This document shows positions 30,771 through 46,439 of a DNA stretch of 64,000 bases, in pieces. Made by a program: the position numbers and the translations under genes. This stretch comes from the human T2T-CHM13v2.0 reference genome, Homo sapiens, in the NCBI RefSeq assembly GCF_009914755.1, contig NC_060939.1; one strand, 5' to 3'. The notes below the pieces were generated by a model, which was not told where the DNA came from, did not search any database, and saw only the letters and a list, made by a program, of their open reading frames with translations. How positions within the stretch are numbered: the first letter of the stretch is position 1; every line of letters starts with the position of its first letter.

Positions 30771-32284
30771 TCCATCGTCATCTATGAATTGCACTGCAGT
30801 TATAAAGACCAAATCCAGAGTCCTTGGTACTTCACTCAAGACCATGAGAATAGCCCAGTTAGGGCTACCCCAGGAATATCTAAGGGAATAAAGAACCCCC
30901 ATTCCATGCTGAATGAGAAAAGAATTCTCAAAGTGACATCCTGGAAGTATGAATGAGCTTTTTCTCTGTGTAGGGGAGAAGCAGCCTTAATAGGCCTTTT
31001 TAGCCATGGAAGCCTGGGAAGTCATTTTCAGGCATCAGCTGTGGGAACATCTGCCTCCTCAACTCTGTCTAACCCTCCCTACAGAGTCCAGGGTCAACTC
31101 AGACACTGTGATCTTCTCTTTGGAGGAATGGCTCTTTTTCGTGATGGTCTCACTTTCCCTCTCTGGATGGAGACTCAATGGGGCTTTCAGGATAGCAGTT
31201 GGGAGTGAATTCTGCTCAGAGCAGCCTACACAGTATGTTACTGGCTGGGGGAAGTTTCATAGGAGGAATCATATCTCCCCTTCCCTTTAACCACTTTTTC
31301 CTCCTCAGAATTGAAATAAGCAAAAGAATTGACCATCCCAAGAGATGAGTAGTACGGAAGCGAATGAATGGAGTAAAATTGTGTTTCCTGATTTATTAAG
31401 ACTACTGACTCCTCAAGATAATTTACCTCTGCAGTCAGATCTGCACAAGGGGACTTCACCTGTCTCCCAACTAAGATGAGTTCCAGGGTATTTGTTTATA
31501 AAACACAGCCCACTGTGACTCAGACCTTTCCAACCCCAGTCCTATGTGGACGAGATCCGAGGAGTAGCTGCAGAAGAGCAGCGCTTTTCTGTCTTTGGAT
31601 CCCCTGTCATTCCAAATGGCTAAATATTTGTGCTTGTGTTATAATGCCAAACTCTGCAGTGCCTGGACCTGTGCAAGTGCTGAGCATCGCTGTTTCCAGT
31701 TGCCTTGTTACTCATCAGAGGGGACTAAATTCTGTAATAATACACCCTGAGGTTAATTGAAGATATGCAGCATCTAATTAAGTGGCCTTTAAAAAAAATC
31801 ATATTATCGGGTTTGGAATGGCCTTTCCAAGCTTCCTGGGCACTTCAGGTGGGCCTGAGCCTCCAAACCAGGGGACGGTTTTTCCTCTTGAGACTGGCAG
31901 AGATAAGAACCACTGGCCTCTTGCAGTGGATGGTATCTAGAGTTATTCAGAGTTCCTAATATCATAAAAAGCACTTGAGGCTGCTCTTAGAAAAGCTCTC
32001 TGAAACAAGTTTGATTTTTCATTCCATAGTGTCACATTTCTGCTGGTTGTTCTAAAAGGGTCAAATACATTAAACATACTTTAAAATGTGCATGTTTTTC
32101 AGTACTGTCTTTGAATAAAGAAAGTAGATTTTAAATCACTTTTTGGATTCAGCCCTCAATGCTATAATTTCCCATATTGTTATTTTTTTCTAATATTATA
32201 AAAGGTATAATATTCCTACAGTGTCCCGGCAAACTTTTCTACTGTTAGCCTAATAATTAAGGTTCCTGGAGTTGAAAAAAACAC

Positions 32285-32750
32285 AAACAAATAGCACTTG
32301 CTGTGGGTTACAGTGTGCGAGGCGCTCTTCTATTGCTCTATATAGATTAATTGATTCAAAACTCATAGCAGTCTTATGAGGTAGACGTTATTCCTGTTTG
32401 ACAGATTAGGTAACTTGAGTCCACAAAGGTAAGTTACTTGCCCAAGGTCACACATTAAGTGACAGAGCCAGAACTAGAGCCCAGGCAGTCTGGTTCCAGA
32501 AACCCCTTGACCACTACGATAAACTGCCTCTTAAGTGGTACACAGGACATCATTTAGTTACTTCATTAAAGTGAAAAGGATAATAATGGTACCTTACAAA
32601 TAACTCTCTTTATAGCATCCCTGTGGGTACCACTGTGCCCATTTTACAGATGGGGAAGTTGAGCCTCTAGTAAAATCATAGGTCCTGGTTCATGCAGCAG
32701 GTAAGGGCTTGGGATTTGAACTCAGTCCTGTGTGATTCCAAGGCCCCTCC
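32285..32750 (-). mobile_element. Two tandem MIR relics
   Basis: ttacttgcccaaggtcacac...gagccagaactagagcccaggcagtctgg and cccattttacagatgggga...gggatttgaactcag. Confidence 0.7.
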
Positions 32751-33751
32751 AACCTCCCTTTGCTATCTCACTGCAGCTCAGTCAAAAGGATTTGCATCTT
32801 GTCTAAATGTGGAATACAAGACCCTTCCTAAATGATTATTAAGCCATGAAAGCCCTCACAGGGGTGGAGATTACTTTCTCTGCATGTGAGGAGATTTATA
32901 ACACACACTATGCAAAAGCAATGCCACCATTCCATCATTTTCCTATTTCAAACTCTTCATACTACTCACATTTTAAAGTGAGGTGTACGTCGTCAGATGA
33001 CCTTTTACAGTGTGAATATGATATGAGATGGGCTCTCTTATCCAAATAGTCTTCCCAGGACATTGCTCTAAGCACTTGCTAAGTATATCCTTCATATCCA
33101 GTGATTATCAACAGTTACCCTTTCATTTCTAGATAATATTAGTCCCAACTCTGTTCTCTACTGTACAAGCTTTAAAAATAGGCCCAGCCTATGGATTCAA
33201 TTTGCTTATAACTTTTCTTAGCAAATGTTCCAAAGGAAACGTCTACGTTGAGCCCAGTCTCTTAGAGAAAAGGTGGGAAAAGACAGTGTCTTTCACCACG
33301 AGGGCATAATTGCTCCTCCTGGTGGTTATTTTCAATGGAAAGAATAAGCCAGACGGGGGAAATTCTTCCAGCCATATTTCCTCTGGAGGGCATATGGCAG
33401 CTATGGCTAAATAAAGTTCAGAGCTCAGCTCCTGTTGGTATGAAAGCCCTGCTGCAGATGAAGAGCATCCCCCATGAAAGCTGCTCTTTGTCTTCAGTGG
33501 CCGAGCCTCAGGCCAGTATAGAAGCCAACAGTGAACCCTCAGAGGACGGGAGAGAGGACACTGGAGTCACGATTCAACTTTGGCAGTTTTGTCCCAGTTT
33601 GTATGATTCTTAGAACATTAAAGAACCTTGGAATTTGTATTTTTATCCAGCAAGGATCTGAATACTTTTAAAGACAATTGTCCAGTGTAGCATTTCAATT
33701 ATTTCCTGGTCTTCCTCAGTTCACAAATATTTCTTAGAATTTGTTCAAGTA

Positions 33752-34125
33752 GGCTGGGTGTGGTAGCTCAAACCTGTAATCCCAGCACTTCGGGAGGCCG
33801 AGATGGGAGGATCAGTTGAGGCCAGGAGTTCAAGACCAGCCTAGCCAACGAGGTGAAAACCTGTAATCCCAGCACTTTGGGAGGCCGAGGTGGGAGGATC
33901 AGTTGAAGCCAGGAGTTCAAGACCAGCCTAGCCAACGGGGTGAAATCCTATCTCTACTGAAAATACAAAAATTATCTGGGCAGTGGCGTGCGCCTGTAGT
34001 CCCAGTTACTTGGGGGCTGCAGTGAAAGGATCACTTGAACCCAGGAGGCAGAGGTTGCAGTGAGCCGAGATCGTGCCATTGTACTCCAGCCTGGGTGACA
34101 GAGTAAAACTCTGTCTCAAAAAAAA
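33752..34125 (+). mobile_element. AluS (Sz-like) with an internal 87-bp tandem duplication
   Basis: Left-arm segment present twice (period 87); TSD-like gttcaagta / gttgaagta. Confidence 0.92.
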
Positions 34126-35116
34126 GTTGAAGTAACTACAGTGATATTTTCCAGAAGTTAAACTAATGAAAAAAAATTGTTTTTAATGGTAAAATAAATC
34201 TTAAAAGTGAGACAATTACTGCAAGCTTTGCTGAATTTTAATATATAGATTTTTTTCATAGCAAGGACTTGAACAGGAGGAAGAAAAGATCCTGGGACCT
34301 TGGGTATCTAAACTCCATACAGTGAGCTAAGAGTACTCAGTGTCCTCAAATGGAGAAATGTGAAAGATGTCAAACCTACACACTCTTCAACTTTGGCTCA
34401 GTTTTGTTTTCTTTTTAAATAATTTTACCTATAGGTGCTTCAATGAGGAAGTTGTTCCTCTTTCTCAGTGGTGAAGCAAGGTATTAAAGTTATAAAAACA
34501 GAGTCTAAGGCCACTCCAGACTATTTGCCAATATGCATTGAGTACATTATGTGTAGCAGCACTCTTGCTGTGCAGGTGGTCCAAGCTGGATGCTCCTGTC
34601 CAGCTTTATTGCCCCACCATATCTCCCTCATCCAGCCTTCATTAACCCTCAGCTTCCAGCCTTACCAAACTCCAGCCATTCTGCAACTATGTTAGACACT
34701 CCTCTTGCTCTTTCCTTTCATTTCTCTAGAGACCTTTATATTTTCCAAGTCTCAACTTGTCCCATGCTCCCAGACAGATTCCCAGGCATCTTCCTCTCCC
34801 TCTAGAAGGCAACACATACGTACCTTCATTCCATTATTTATCGTATTATTTTGTATTTAAATGTCCATTTCCCAGCAGACTATGGGCTTCTTAAGAGCAT
34901 GAGTTGGGTCTTCTGTCTTTGATCCCCAGTCCCAGGTGTAGTATCTGGCACATAGGAGAGCCTCATTACTGCCTGTGGAAGAGTGGGAGGGAATGCAATA
35001 TGGCTTTGTCAATTACCCAAATTAATTAGAGGGAGCTACCTAATCTTTTTTATTAATTAAAAAGAGCACAGTGATTTTACCATTTAAAAATTCACCACTT
35101 AGTTTAGAATCTGTTA

Positions 35117-35465
35117 TAGGTTGAGTATCCCTTATTCGAAGTTCTTAGGACCAAAAGTGTTTCAGGTTTTAGATTTTTTGGGTTTGGGAATATTTGCATA
35201 TGCATAATAAGATACCTTGGAAATGGGACTCAACTCTAAACACAAAATTCCTTTATGTTTCATAAATACAAAGCCTGAAGGTAATTTTTTACAAAATTTT
35301 TAATAATTTTGTGCATGAAACAAAATTTTGACTTTTTTGATGGTGACCCATCACATGAGGTTGAGTATGAAGTTCCCCACTTGTGCCATCATGTCAGTGC
35401 TCAAAATGTTTCAGATTCTAGAGCATTTCGCATTTTGGATTTTTAGATTAAGGATGCTCAACCTG
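35117..35465. mobile_element. Tigger4b/MER46B-like Tc1-mariner MITE
   Basis: TIRs aggttgagtatccct...aggatgctcaacctg; TA on the left side. Confidence 0.75.
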
Positions 35466-35739
35466 AACTAGACTAGCAGTAAGCACAGAAAACATTAAAT
35501 AGTTCTAAACTGGGATTATAAATATTCTATAGCAAAGATACATGTACAGAATTTGTAAATAACTCATATCCATCAGGTGGGGATTTTTTTAAATTACCTT
35601 TTCATAGCATATTATACACCCATTAAAATTAAATTTCTAATGAATATTGTATTATACAATAAAATGTTTGAGATATAATTAGTAGAACAAGCTACAAAAA
35701 CCTACTATACCCCAGTTTGAATAAAAAGTGTGTGTGTGG

Positions 35740-36437
<698 letters not shown>

Positions 36438-36782
36438 TAAATGGTGACCATTTATAATGAATACATATTATTTCTGTAATCAAGAAACAAGATATCTTTT
36501 TATCTTTTGCTGGAAGCTCTATTTTAAAACCTAACTCCTCTTTTGTTGCTCTCTTTCTAATAGAAATGTAAACCTGAGAGGGGAGGGGTAGGTGGTTATA
36601 ATTATTAATATTTACTTTTAGAATTTCCAGAATAAGATGATATAGGAAAGCAGAGAGGTGATTTTCCTCACTACTTTAAGTCAGGAAATAATAAATCATC
36701 TAATGAAAGAGATGTGAAGAAGTTTTTTAATCAATTCAGAGTATAACTGGCAATGTGTTTTCCTGCTTATCCGAAATAATAA

Positions 36783-37127
<345 letters not shown>

Positions 37128-37646
37128 TAGCATAGTTTAATGGCTAGATGGCCTTGCCATTCTTCTCTTTGATGGCTTCTCTATTCAACTCTACAGCAGT
37201 CTAATCTTTTTGAGGAAGTAGAAGACAGGAAGGTCTTTGGGCACTTACAACTAAACAGACACACACACCAGCTACTTCTGAAGAGCAAGCTACACCAGCA
37301 AAAGCAGTCTGTCTGTTACTTCAGACACCAGGCCACAGTCTGAACACTCATTGAGCACATTAAGTTTTTGTTATTTCTCATTCTTAGCAGCTTGAGCATT
37401 TCCCCTGAGACTCATCGCAAATCAGGCATGGTGTCTGCCCACTCGCCAGCTTAGGAATTCATTTCTCATTGCTCATCTCACACAAAAGGAAACAAAAGGA
37501 AAGTTGCATTTCAAATGCAGTAGTACCTCCGGACCTCTTGAGTACCCATCACACCTCCCCACCTCCCGCAGAGGCCTCTGAGCCTTTCTCAGCCTAGCAG
37601 GTGCCTCCAGAGTTCCACAGCCTTCTTCCTGTTCTTTCCTCACCAG

Positions 37647-37839
37647 GCCGGATACCCAGAGCTGTGGCTTCCATCAACCAGCACCTCCTGAGATCGGATG
37701 ACGTGGTAAGCTGCTGCCTGGACCTCGGGGTGCCCAGCATCTCATTCCGCATCAATGGGCAGCCCGTGCAGGGGATGTTTGAGAACTTCAACACAGACGG
37801 GCTCTTCTTCCCTGTGATGAGCTTTTCAGCAGGTGTCAA
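37647..37839 (+). CDS. RYR3: RYR3 coding exon (probably exon 19), 193 nt, SPRY1
   Basis: cctcaccag|GCCGG...GTCAA|gtaagt; (G)[63 protein letters not shown](K); phase 1 to 2. Confidence 0.97.
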
Positions 37840-38513
37840 GTAAGTTATGGCTGTGATTTCATGGAGAGTAGCAGTTACCCCACCTCCCCGCCACCACTGT
37901 GAGCTGCGAAGCCAGCAGTCTCCTTCAGGGCTTCAGTACTGTGAACTAAGTTCCCCAGGACAGTGATGGTGCAAGGGCAAGAGCCAACTAGAGTCATTTG
38001 CTCCATCTCTACTGGTAGAACCTCCCCCAGGGGTTGTATTATGTACTCAGATAAACAGTAAGATTAATAGGATAAATCCTGTGTAGAAAATTAATAATTA
38101 TAAAAGTATTACATGCTCATTATAAGAAAAACTTCAAAGACAATAGTTATGAACAACACAGTAAAAATCACCTATGATTCCAATGGTTAGCTATAATCTC
38201 TATTAATACTTTGGCATATTTTTCAAGTCCTTTCTTCTACAAATATACATCATTTTTTAATTGGTATTACACCGAATATGAAGTTTATGTCTTGATTATC
38301 TTTTATTCAACAATAATGAGCCTTTTCCTGAGTCATTGAGTATCTTCAAAATGATTTTATAGCCATATAATAGCCCTTTATTTGGCTGTTTCATGATACA
38401 GCCATTACTTTGCTGTTCAAGTCTATGCCAATTTCATTTTTGGTCAGAATGCATGTGTGCTTTAAAGTCTAAATTTATAATTATGTGGCCAAATTGATTT
38501 TGAGATTCTCTAA

Positions 38514-38860
38514 ACAGTTCAGAATTCCTTATCAATAACTTTAGAATCTAAAAAGCTCTGAAAACCATAAATTTGTTCATAACTCATTTTGTAATAAAAT
38601 CTAACCTGAACTCATTTTGTGACAAAACTGTCATCAGCAGAAATGAGGCTGTTTTCAGTCTTTCATTTATTCTACGGCTTGTGAATATTTATATGTTTAA
38701 CTGCAGAGATATTAATGTGTCTGATTATGATGTACTGCCCCTCACCTGGCTGCAGTTTCTGCTTAATGTACATAACGGGTAACTTTTAAAAAAAATTCTA
38801 AAGAATTCCAAAGTCTGAAGCACATCTCTAATGATTTCAGATAAAGGATTTGGGCTTGCA
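38514..38860. mobile_element. MER46C-like Tigger MITE within AT-rich, probably old-L1-derived sequence
   Basis: ccttatc...aaaaagctctgaaaacc...cataactcattt...ctgcagagatattaatgtgt...tttcagataaaggatt resembles the recalled MER46C consensus. Confidence 0.6.
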
Positions 38861-41596
38861 GTATCATTTAAAGCAACATATGGGAATGTCCAACTGATTG
38901 GATCCTTATTAATTTTTACTGTTATTTGTTATTTTAAATCTTTGCTGATTTGGAAAAATTGTACCTTAGAGTATTAATTTTTTCTTTTTTATTACGAATG
39001 TGGTGAAACATTTTTTATGCTTACTTTTAATGTACTTTTTCCAACACAGTATTTTTGCTAACTTTGTGTTCTCAGCCTTTCTGATATTTATTTTTTGGTA
39101 GATATCTTACATATTTTGGATATACTGACTTTATATAGTATATGTAATATATTTACATGTTTATGTATAATAATTTTATATTAAGGATGTTAAACTGTTT
39201 TTTATTGGTTTCAAATATTTCTCCCAGTTTCTGATTTATACTTTAACACTTGGGTTTTTTCCTATTGTTTTTTGTTTTTCTTTTTCACAAAAGGAATGTA
39301 CATCAAAGAAAATAGGAGGAACTCATAATAGTACCACCTAGAGATAATCATATTGGCTTTTTATATACACAGTTAAATATTGTTCATTTAATTGGGCTTG
39401 TGCTATGCATGCTGCTTTCCTATATACTATTGCTATTTCTCTGCCTCTTTCCTCGTACCTACCAGTTGGATGCTATTTTTAATTATTTTAACCACGTTAT
39501 TCATTTTAATGTCTGTAAGGCAAAACCCCACAATAACCCTTCTTTCCCAAACTTTCCTCAGCCATTCTTCATCCCTGTATTTTAAAGAGATCACAATCAA
39601 TTGAGCAGGAGACTGGAGTCAACATAGAATCATACTAGTGTCCATGGAAGCCCCTGGAAAGGGTCATGGCAGGAGGAGAGTTGTGGGAAGCAGGAGCTGA
39701 GATCTGGGATCACAAAGAAACCATTTCAGGGATCCAGGTCCAAGTGAGGGGATTTTCAGGGTGAAACCACTCCAGTAGGCCTCAGCACCTCAGGTGGATT
39801 GGTAAACCAAGATATGTTTATATGTTTTCCAAAGTAGGATTTTGGTTCTGTTTCAATTATATAAACTATTTAGAAATAAAGAATTGTCCTCTGCGAATGG
39901 TACTCAACCTTTGGAATTTGAGACAGATGTGTGTGTATGTTTGTATATATACACAAGCATATTTACAAACATATTCATATAAATGGATATAATATATTGA
40001 AGTTATATATTGGCATTGTTTGAGGTTCTTGTAACAAATGGAGAACCAGTAGAGTAAAGCTTTACTGAGGTTGAAAATCTTCTCATCACATATTCAAGCC
40101 AGGGAATCTTACACTATCTGCAGGCACTGTGTTCTAAGAGTTGAAAGTTCTTCTGTGCTGAGGATATTTCATCCCAATTCTTCCTTTTTAAATATGTGAG
40201 GATACCACATAGAGCTATTCTCATTGACAGCCATCAGAAGCATGTGGAAAACGGGGAGTGTTGTTGACAAGAGAGGCGCTGTAAGCACAGAAAAATCTGA
40301 TTGGAGCAAAAGCCTTCTGGAAGAGGGAAAGGACCTTCTAGCCCTATTTTCCATCTTCCCCACTCCACTCCTTAGGAATAAAGAGAATGAGTACAAATAT
40401 AAATACAACACAACAGTGTTGGGATCATAAACCCTTTGACTCAGGAACTTCCCTGAAGAAACAAGGTTACTCTGAGTAGTCAGTTCCCAGGACTGCATTT
40501 GCATGTGTAGCTGGTGGCCTTGGTCACCCACCATTAATACTCCTCCCACTTTTACTTATTTTGCCCATGTCCACTCATTGTTTTTTACTCATTTTCAAAG
40601 GGAGTACACCTATTTCACAAGCAAGTCATCTGAAAAAACTACTTAGGCAAATTTAGATCTATGGAGAAGGGATCTTCTCCAGTCTACTAGCTAATGAACT
40701 TTTCCACATTTTGTGTTTAGAGAATGGTACATCTGCTCTCAAATGTTGCATAATGATTCTGAATCATTAGTTCATCCTTTCCGTCTCCCTCAGAACAATG
40801 AGATAGGATCTTTGTGTCTGTGATTTTTTAGAGGGTAGTGGAGGGATTTTTTTGGAATCCTCTTGACAAGAACCGCAGTTAGCAGGTGAAAAAATAGTTG
40901 ACTGAAAGGTATCCACATGTAGAAGACATTTCTGGGATCTGGTGTCTAGGTCAGCAGATCATGCAGCCTTCTGAGTGCACAGATAAAGGAGAAGCAAAGT
41001 TGCAAGAGAAGAAGAATGAGATGACTAATCATTTAGGAGGCACAACTGCTGAGGAAATTTAAGAAACCGAAGGGTCCAGATGTGTTGACTTGAAGAACCA
41101 ACAGCTTAGCTCTGAGAGCTTTTTGCTTATAGCAGCTGAACAGGTGGAAGGCTAAAAAGCAGTGCCAGTGGGGTGTGCAGCGGGGCTTGAAGTCACTCAA
41201 GCTTCCTCTCTCTCAGGAAACTATGAGCTCTGATATATTCCTGGCTTCGGGTCTCACAGCATGTTGTGATTTGAAGAGAGGTGGAACCACAGGGTCTGTG
41301 TAGTTGGGAAATACATTTTACTGAAATGCCTCTAGTGCATCACATGATGACCTTGGTCAGGGTCAGTGCAGGACCTGTACTGGGGGCTAGCCAGTTGCTT
41401 ATAAATCAAAATAAACCGATTGGGTATTCTACAACCCAAGTGTTATTCTTACATCAACTGGTAAAGTATGATTTGGTGCTGAAACCCAGCAGTTCTTCTC
41501 TGTACTACTTTAGTTCAGTTGAACAAAGAGCTAGAAAGAGAAACCACAATATGAATTCCAAGTTAATTAAAGTATCTTATTGAAAAGAAATGTATT

Positions 41597-42022
<426 letters not shown>

Positions 42023-42230
42023 TCATAGAAGTCTTCAGAGTTGTTTCTCATATTTATTTTTAACTTCTGTATGGCTTCTAAGTTAGATTTGAGTTCTCTT
42101 TCACAGTCCTGTTTCCTCCTGTTTAATGGTCTTTACTGAGATCCTTGTCTTGAATTTTTAAAATAATTTTTATACTTACAAACTATGTTGTTAATAATAC
42201 CTGATTAGGATGTCCCTGCCAGCCGTCATC

Positions 42231-42274
42231 GAAGAGCAAAGCTACATGAAGAGCAAAGCTACATGAAGAGCAAA
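42231..42274. repeat. Perfect 17-bp tandem repeat x2.6 (GAAGAGCAAAGCTACAT)
   Basis: Copies at 42231, 42248 and a partial copy at 42265. Confidence 0.95.
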
Positions 42275-45200
42275 AATCTTTTTCAATTAGATTTACCCAC
42301 AGTGAAGTCAAAGTTAGCATGAGTAATTACTGACAAAACCCACAAATCAATGTCATAGCCTCTTTTCTCTTAATGAATATGCCTCCATAGTTTTCTTCTC
42401 AATGTGGTTTGTTTATAGACAGTATTGTTAGTGCAGTAGGCCCCCAGTGTAACAACCGTATTCATTATAGAATAGAATTTGGGATGAGGTATATGTACCT
42501 TGTAGCCCACCGAAAAGGCTGAATTACTTAGATGCCAGGAAGCTCTTACTAAAAGTTGATCTTATATACACCCCACAAGTGGCATGAATCAGATAGACAG
42601 CATTATACAGAAAGCCATAGTATATAGTGAAATTTGGGTGCTAATTTTTTTTTGCGGAAAATTCATGAGTTAGGCATCATAGAATATATTTTATGGCTAT
42701 AGTTAAACTCCCCATAAATCTATTTAATCATCTTATGTAACTCTTTTGCCCGCTCTAATTTATAAAAATAACGATATCCAAAGATGTTGTATTTGTGGTT
42801 GCTGTTTGTTTTCTGTTGGTATTCTCCAGACTTGGCTAAAATTCAGGTAACCAACAGCTTAGCTATTTCCAGCTTGCTGTGGTCAATGCTGTGGAAATTA
42901 TTGCTGAGATAAATATGCTTCTTCAGAGAACATGATGGGCACTGGCTGGATTGCCCTGAGCTTTCATCAAACACTAGCCAGAAAGAAATATGAATGTGGG
43001 AATGTCCATAACTCAGATTGTTCTCCAGTCTTAGCGATAGGGGCTAAAGATGCAATTATGAATCGTGACTTACGAGTCAAATTCAGGTCAGCAAAAGCTG
43101 GCTCATTCTTTCTCCTCTTAACCACAGCTTGTATCCTTTTCTTCTGTGAAACATTATCCCAGCTCTCTGGGAGGAATTCGATAGCAGATAACAGTAATGA
43201 GACATCTAGCAAGACTAAAATGATTTTACACGTTTGCTAGCAAGCTCTGAATAATAATATGATAGCCTAACGAAAGGAAAGTTAGTCACCCCCTTTGAGC
43301 ACAGCACAGCTTTGTCATGATTTTTACTATATTTTTTTCTTAATGGGTCAATCTTTCAAATCTGGGAATTTGTAGTAGGTAGACCCATCTCTCCTGCAAA
43401 TTAACAAGCAAAAATGCACAAATCTCAAAGACGAAGTTGAAAATGCTGGCAGAGATTTTTCAATATAATTTGTCCTGTGTTTTCAAAATCAGTCAAGTAA
43501 ATAAAAATTTCCTCTACACATCCCAAAACTTCACTACTCCCAGGCAGCTCTTACTGAAGCTATTGCTCATCTATGAGGTGAAAGAATCTAAGGACAGAGT
43601 CGCTTACTGTAAACACTTTAGGAAGGAAAAAATCTTTGAGAGCTGATGAAATATCTGAGTTATAGAAAGAACCCCAGAAAATGATACAAGTGCTGTGGTG
43701 GAACGGATTAAATAGATTAATGAATTTGATTTTTTAAATCCATTAATGTAGAGAAAAATCTGAGGATAAAGAGGAACTAATTGTAATGAAATCAGTTCTT
43801 CAATTCTCTTTTTAATTTTAAATTTAACATTTTGGGGATGCTGGGTGATTCCATGGAACTCAAGGAGCCAGGGAGGAAAACATGTAGAGAGGGGAGATTT
43901 ACATTCCAACTGGACATTTCTCATTTGTGAATGAGGCAAAGGATTTAAAAGATAAACATGAAGTGCCAGGTAACAATTTACTGAGAGAAGTGGACTGGTA
44001 GGTTTAACTTTATTGTTTCTTCTTCTACCCCTGTAACTCCATGCTCTGGAGAAGTTCTCGGGTAGGTCCTGTAGCTTTTATTACTACTTTTAGGAACAAG
44101 AACAATTTTGTCAGTAATTCGAAAGTTCTATCTATTTGAATATAAAATCAAAATTTGTATTCAGTTTACAGCTTGAGCCCTTCCCCAGCTTGGGCCTGCA
44201 GTATGAGGCAGCTGCTTCTCCACATTGGTCTGCCCCTCCCTGATTGGCCAGCTCCTATTGCAGACCCCTCTAGAGTTGAGACCCAGGGAGAGATGACTGG
44301 AGAATAGGCATGTCTGATGGAGTCAGTGCTATTGTCAGGTAGCATTGAGTCTTTGTGTAGCAGTTGTACAGTTGCTGCCTCTTTCTTTTCTGGGACCCTT
44401 TTGTAGTTTTCTTAGCCTCAGGCTGGGAACTTCTGACCACAGTTCTTTTGACACAAACCTTACCACTTCTGTTGGCTGCTCCCTCTGGCTGACCCTAAAC
44501 CTCCCTCCAGATCCCCTTTCCCACATCCCCCAGCCCCTGGGTTTCTGATCTCTACTCAGACATTTGCCTTTCTGGGAAGTCCCTTTTTAAGATGGCAGAT
44601 GGTGGGCTCATTCATGGAGCCCTTAAATAGCCTTCTAGGGAGCACAGTCCTTGGCGTCACCCTGAGCGAAAGGGCACCTCTTTTCCATGCAGCCCTTTCT
44701 CACACTGTCAGCTCTATCACCAGGAAAATGTGTCCCTCAGTAAACTCCAGAGGACAGTTGTCAAGCTTCCACGTGGTTTCTTGAAACCCTTATCGTTTGG
44801 CTTCCGAAAAGGGAGAACGCTTCTCCCTTTCTCCCTAAAAGTTCTCTCCAAAGGAATTCTTTCCTTTATCCGTCTAGAGGTGTGTGATAGGCTGTGGCTG
44901 ATAGAACTGGTTTCACAGTTTTTTAGTATATACTACATAGTTGACTCAGCACTTCACTTTAGGATGTGAAAATATTTAGCATCCTCTGAATTATGGATTC
45001 ATATATCTAACTGTGGGACCTCAACCAAAACTCTGAGACAGAGGGGAGCCCACTTTCATATACTCAGATAATTAAAATGAGTTTCAAGTATTTTGTTACC
45101 TTCTTTCAGTCGTTCCCTTCAAACCTGAATTTTATCTCCCTAGTTATTACCTTTGATCTCATCAATCTGGATCTCATAGGGCAAGTTACGAAGGGGACCT

Positions 45201-46439
45201 TCAATATTTGTGGCGGTTTGTTGGATCGCTTCTCACGGACTCTGGGTAGTTTGTTCACAGGCAGTGAGGGGAGGAGCCACAGGTGGTGGGTGTGCCCTGG
45301 ACCACTGTCTGTTCAATCTGCCTGCTGAGGGCACAGGGAATGTCATCTGCAGGACTTCTGAAGCAATCCAGGACCTTTTCTTCTACCCAGTGAAGCACTG
45401 CACGATGATGTTTAAAGACCAAAGCTTCAGTATGCAGTAAACACTGATTCCTGCCTGTGTTAATTTATTTTACAGTTTATGTGGCCATTAGAGAAGATGA
45501 GATTCAGATTTATAACCAAATGATCAGTCTCCTTTTAATAACTGAATATAAAAACTAAGCGTTGTTCTCATTAAATGCTACCTGAAACTCTACTTTTCTT
45601 GATTTGTTATCTTATCCAGCAGATTTTAAAACCTAAGAGAAATTTTGAAACTCAACAATTAGCAACAGAGCTCATGAATAATTAAATTCCTCTAGAAATC
45701 CTCATAAGAGATCATTTACTTGTTCTTGGAGTCCATATGCTAGTGAGTAATGGAATACACTTACTTGCTATACAAGCTACTAGGCATTCAGCTGCTCACA
45801 GGAAAGATGCTCAATGAGAAGAGAGAGGCAGAAAATTTCCCACACTAATTCTTTGCCCAGAAAGATCCAATTTTATCCCATGGTTTCCATATGTCAGTAC
45901 ACAATCTGTTATGTTGCAATTGAATTGGGAAGTTCTCAACAAATAATTTTAAGATTTAGTCATTATTTCCTGAGGTTCACTAAATTAGTAATACTGCAGG
46001 CTAATGACTCAATTTTGTTTTAATTTCATTGTTCAAATTCTTAATACACATAGATTGTGTCCTATTACATAACACTTAATGTAGGCGCATTCACAAGGGA
46101 CAATTGTGATTCTAACTCTATATCATTATTATTGAGTACCTTAAAATAGGAAACTGGGAGGTTTAGTATGATTTCTATAATTAATTTTAAAACAGCATTT
46201 TATAAAATGCTTTTCAGATAAAGTGTCTGCTCTTATTGGGAAGGAAAAAAACCTTAGCACCTCTTTACTTAAAGAGGCTTTATTTTCCAGTTTCACGATT
46301 AGGATATTTCCACGATCACAATTATGCAGCCAACACTGAGAATATCTTGTAAGGCTGCCCTACCAGAACGTTCCAGTGAAAGGAAGTGAGGCCCACTGGA
46401 AAGTATCCTGTTGTGAAAGTTTTGCCAAATCATAACTTT

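Noticed and set aside
33172-33181. MEF2-like TTAAAAATAG (also near 10115), scattered AP-1/ARE motifs (29932, 44942) and TGCATG sites (4693)
   Set aside because: Short motifs expected by chance in 64 kb; no clustering or independent support.
37591-37620. Several extra AG acceptors upstream of the 193-nt exon
   Set aside because: The canonical acceptor has a strong pyrimidine tract and most of the alternatives are out of frame.
42231-42274. Short direct repeats as a CRISPR-like array
   Set aside because: Head-to-tail repeats with no unique spacers, in a mammalian intron with no cas genes.
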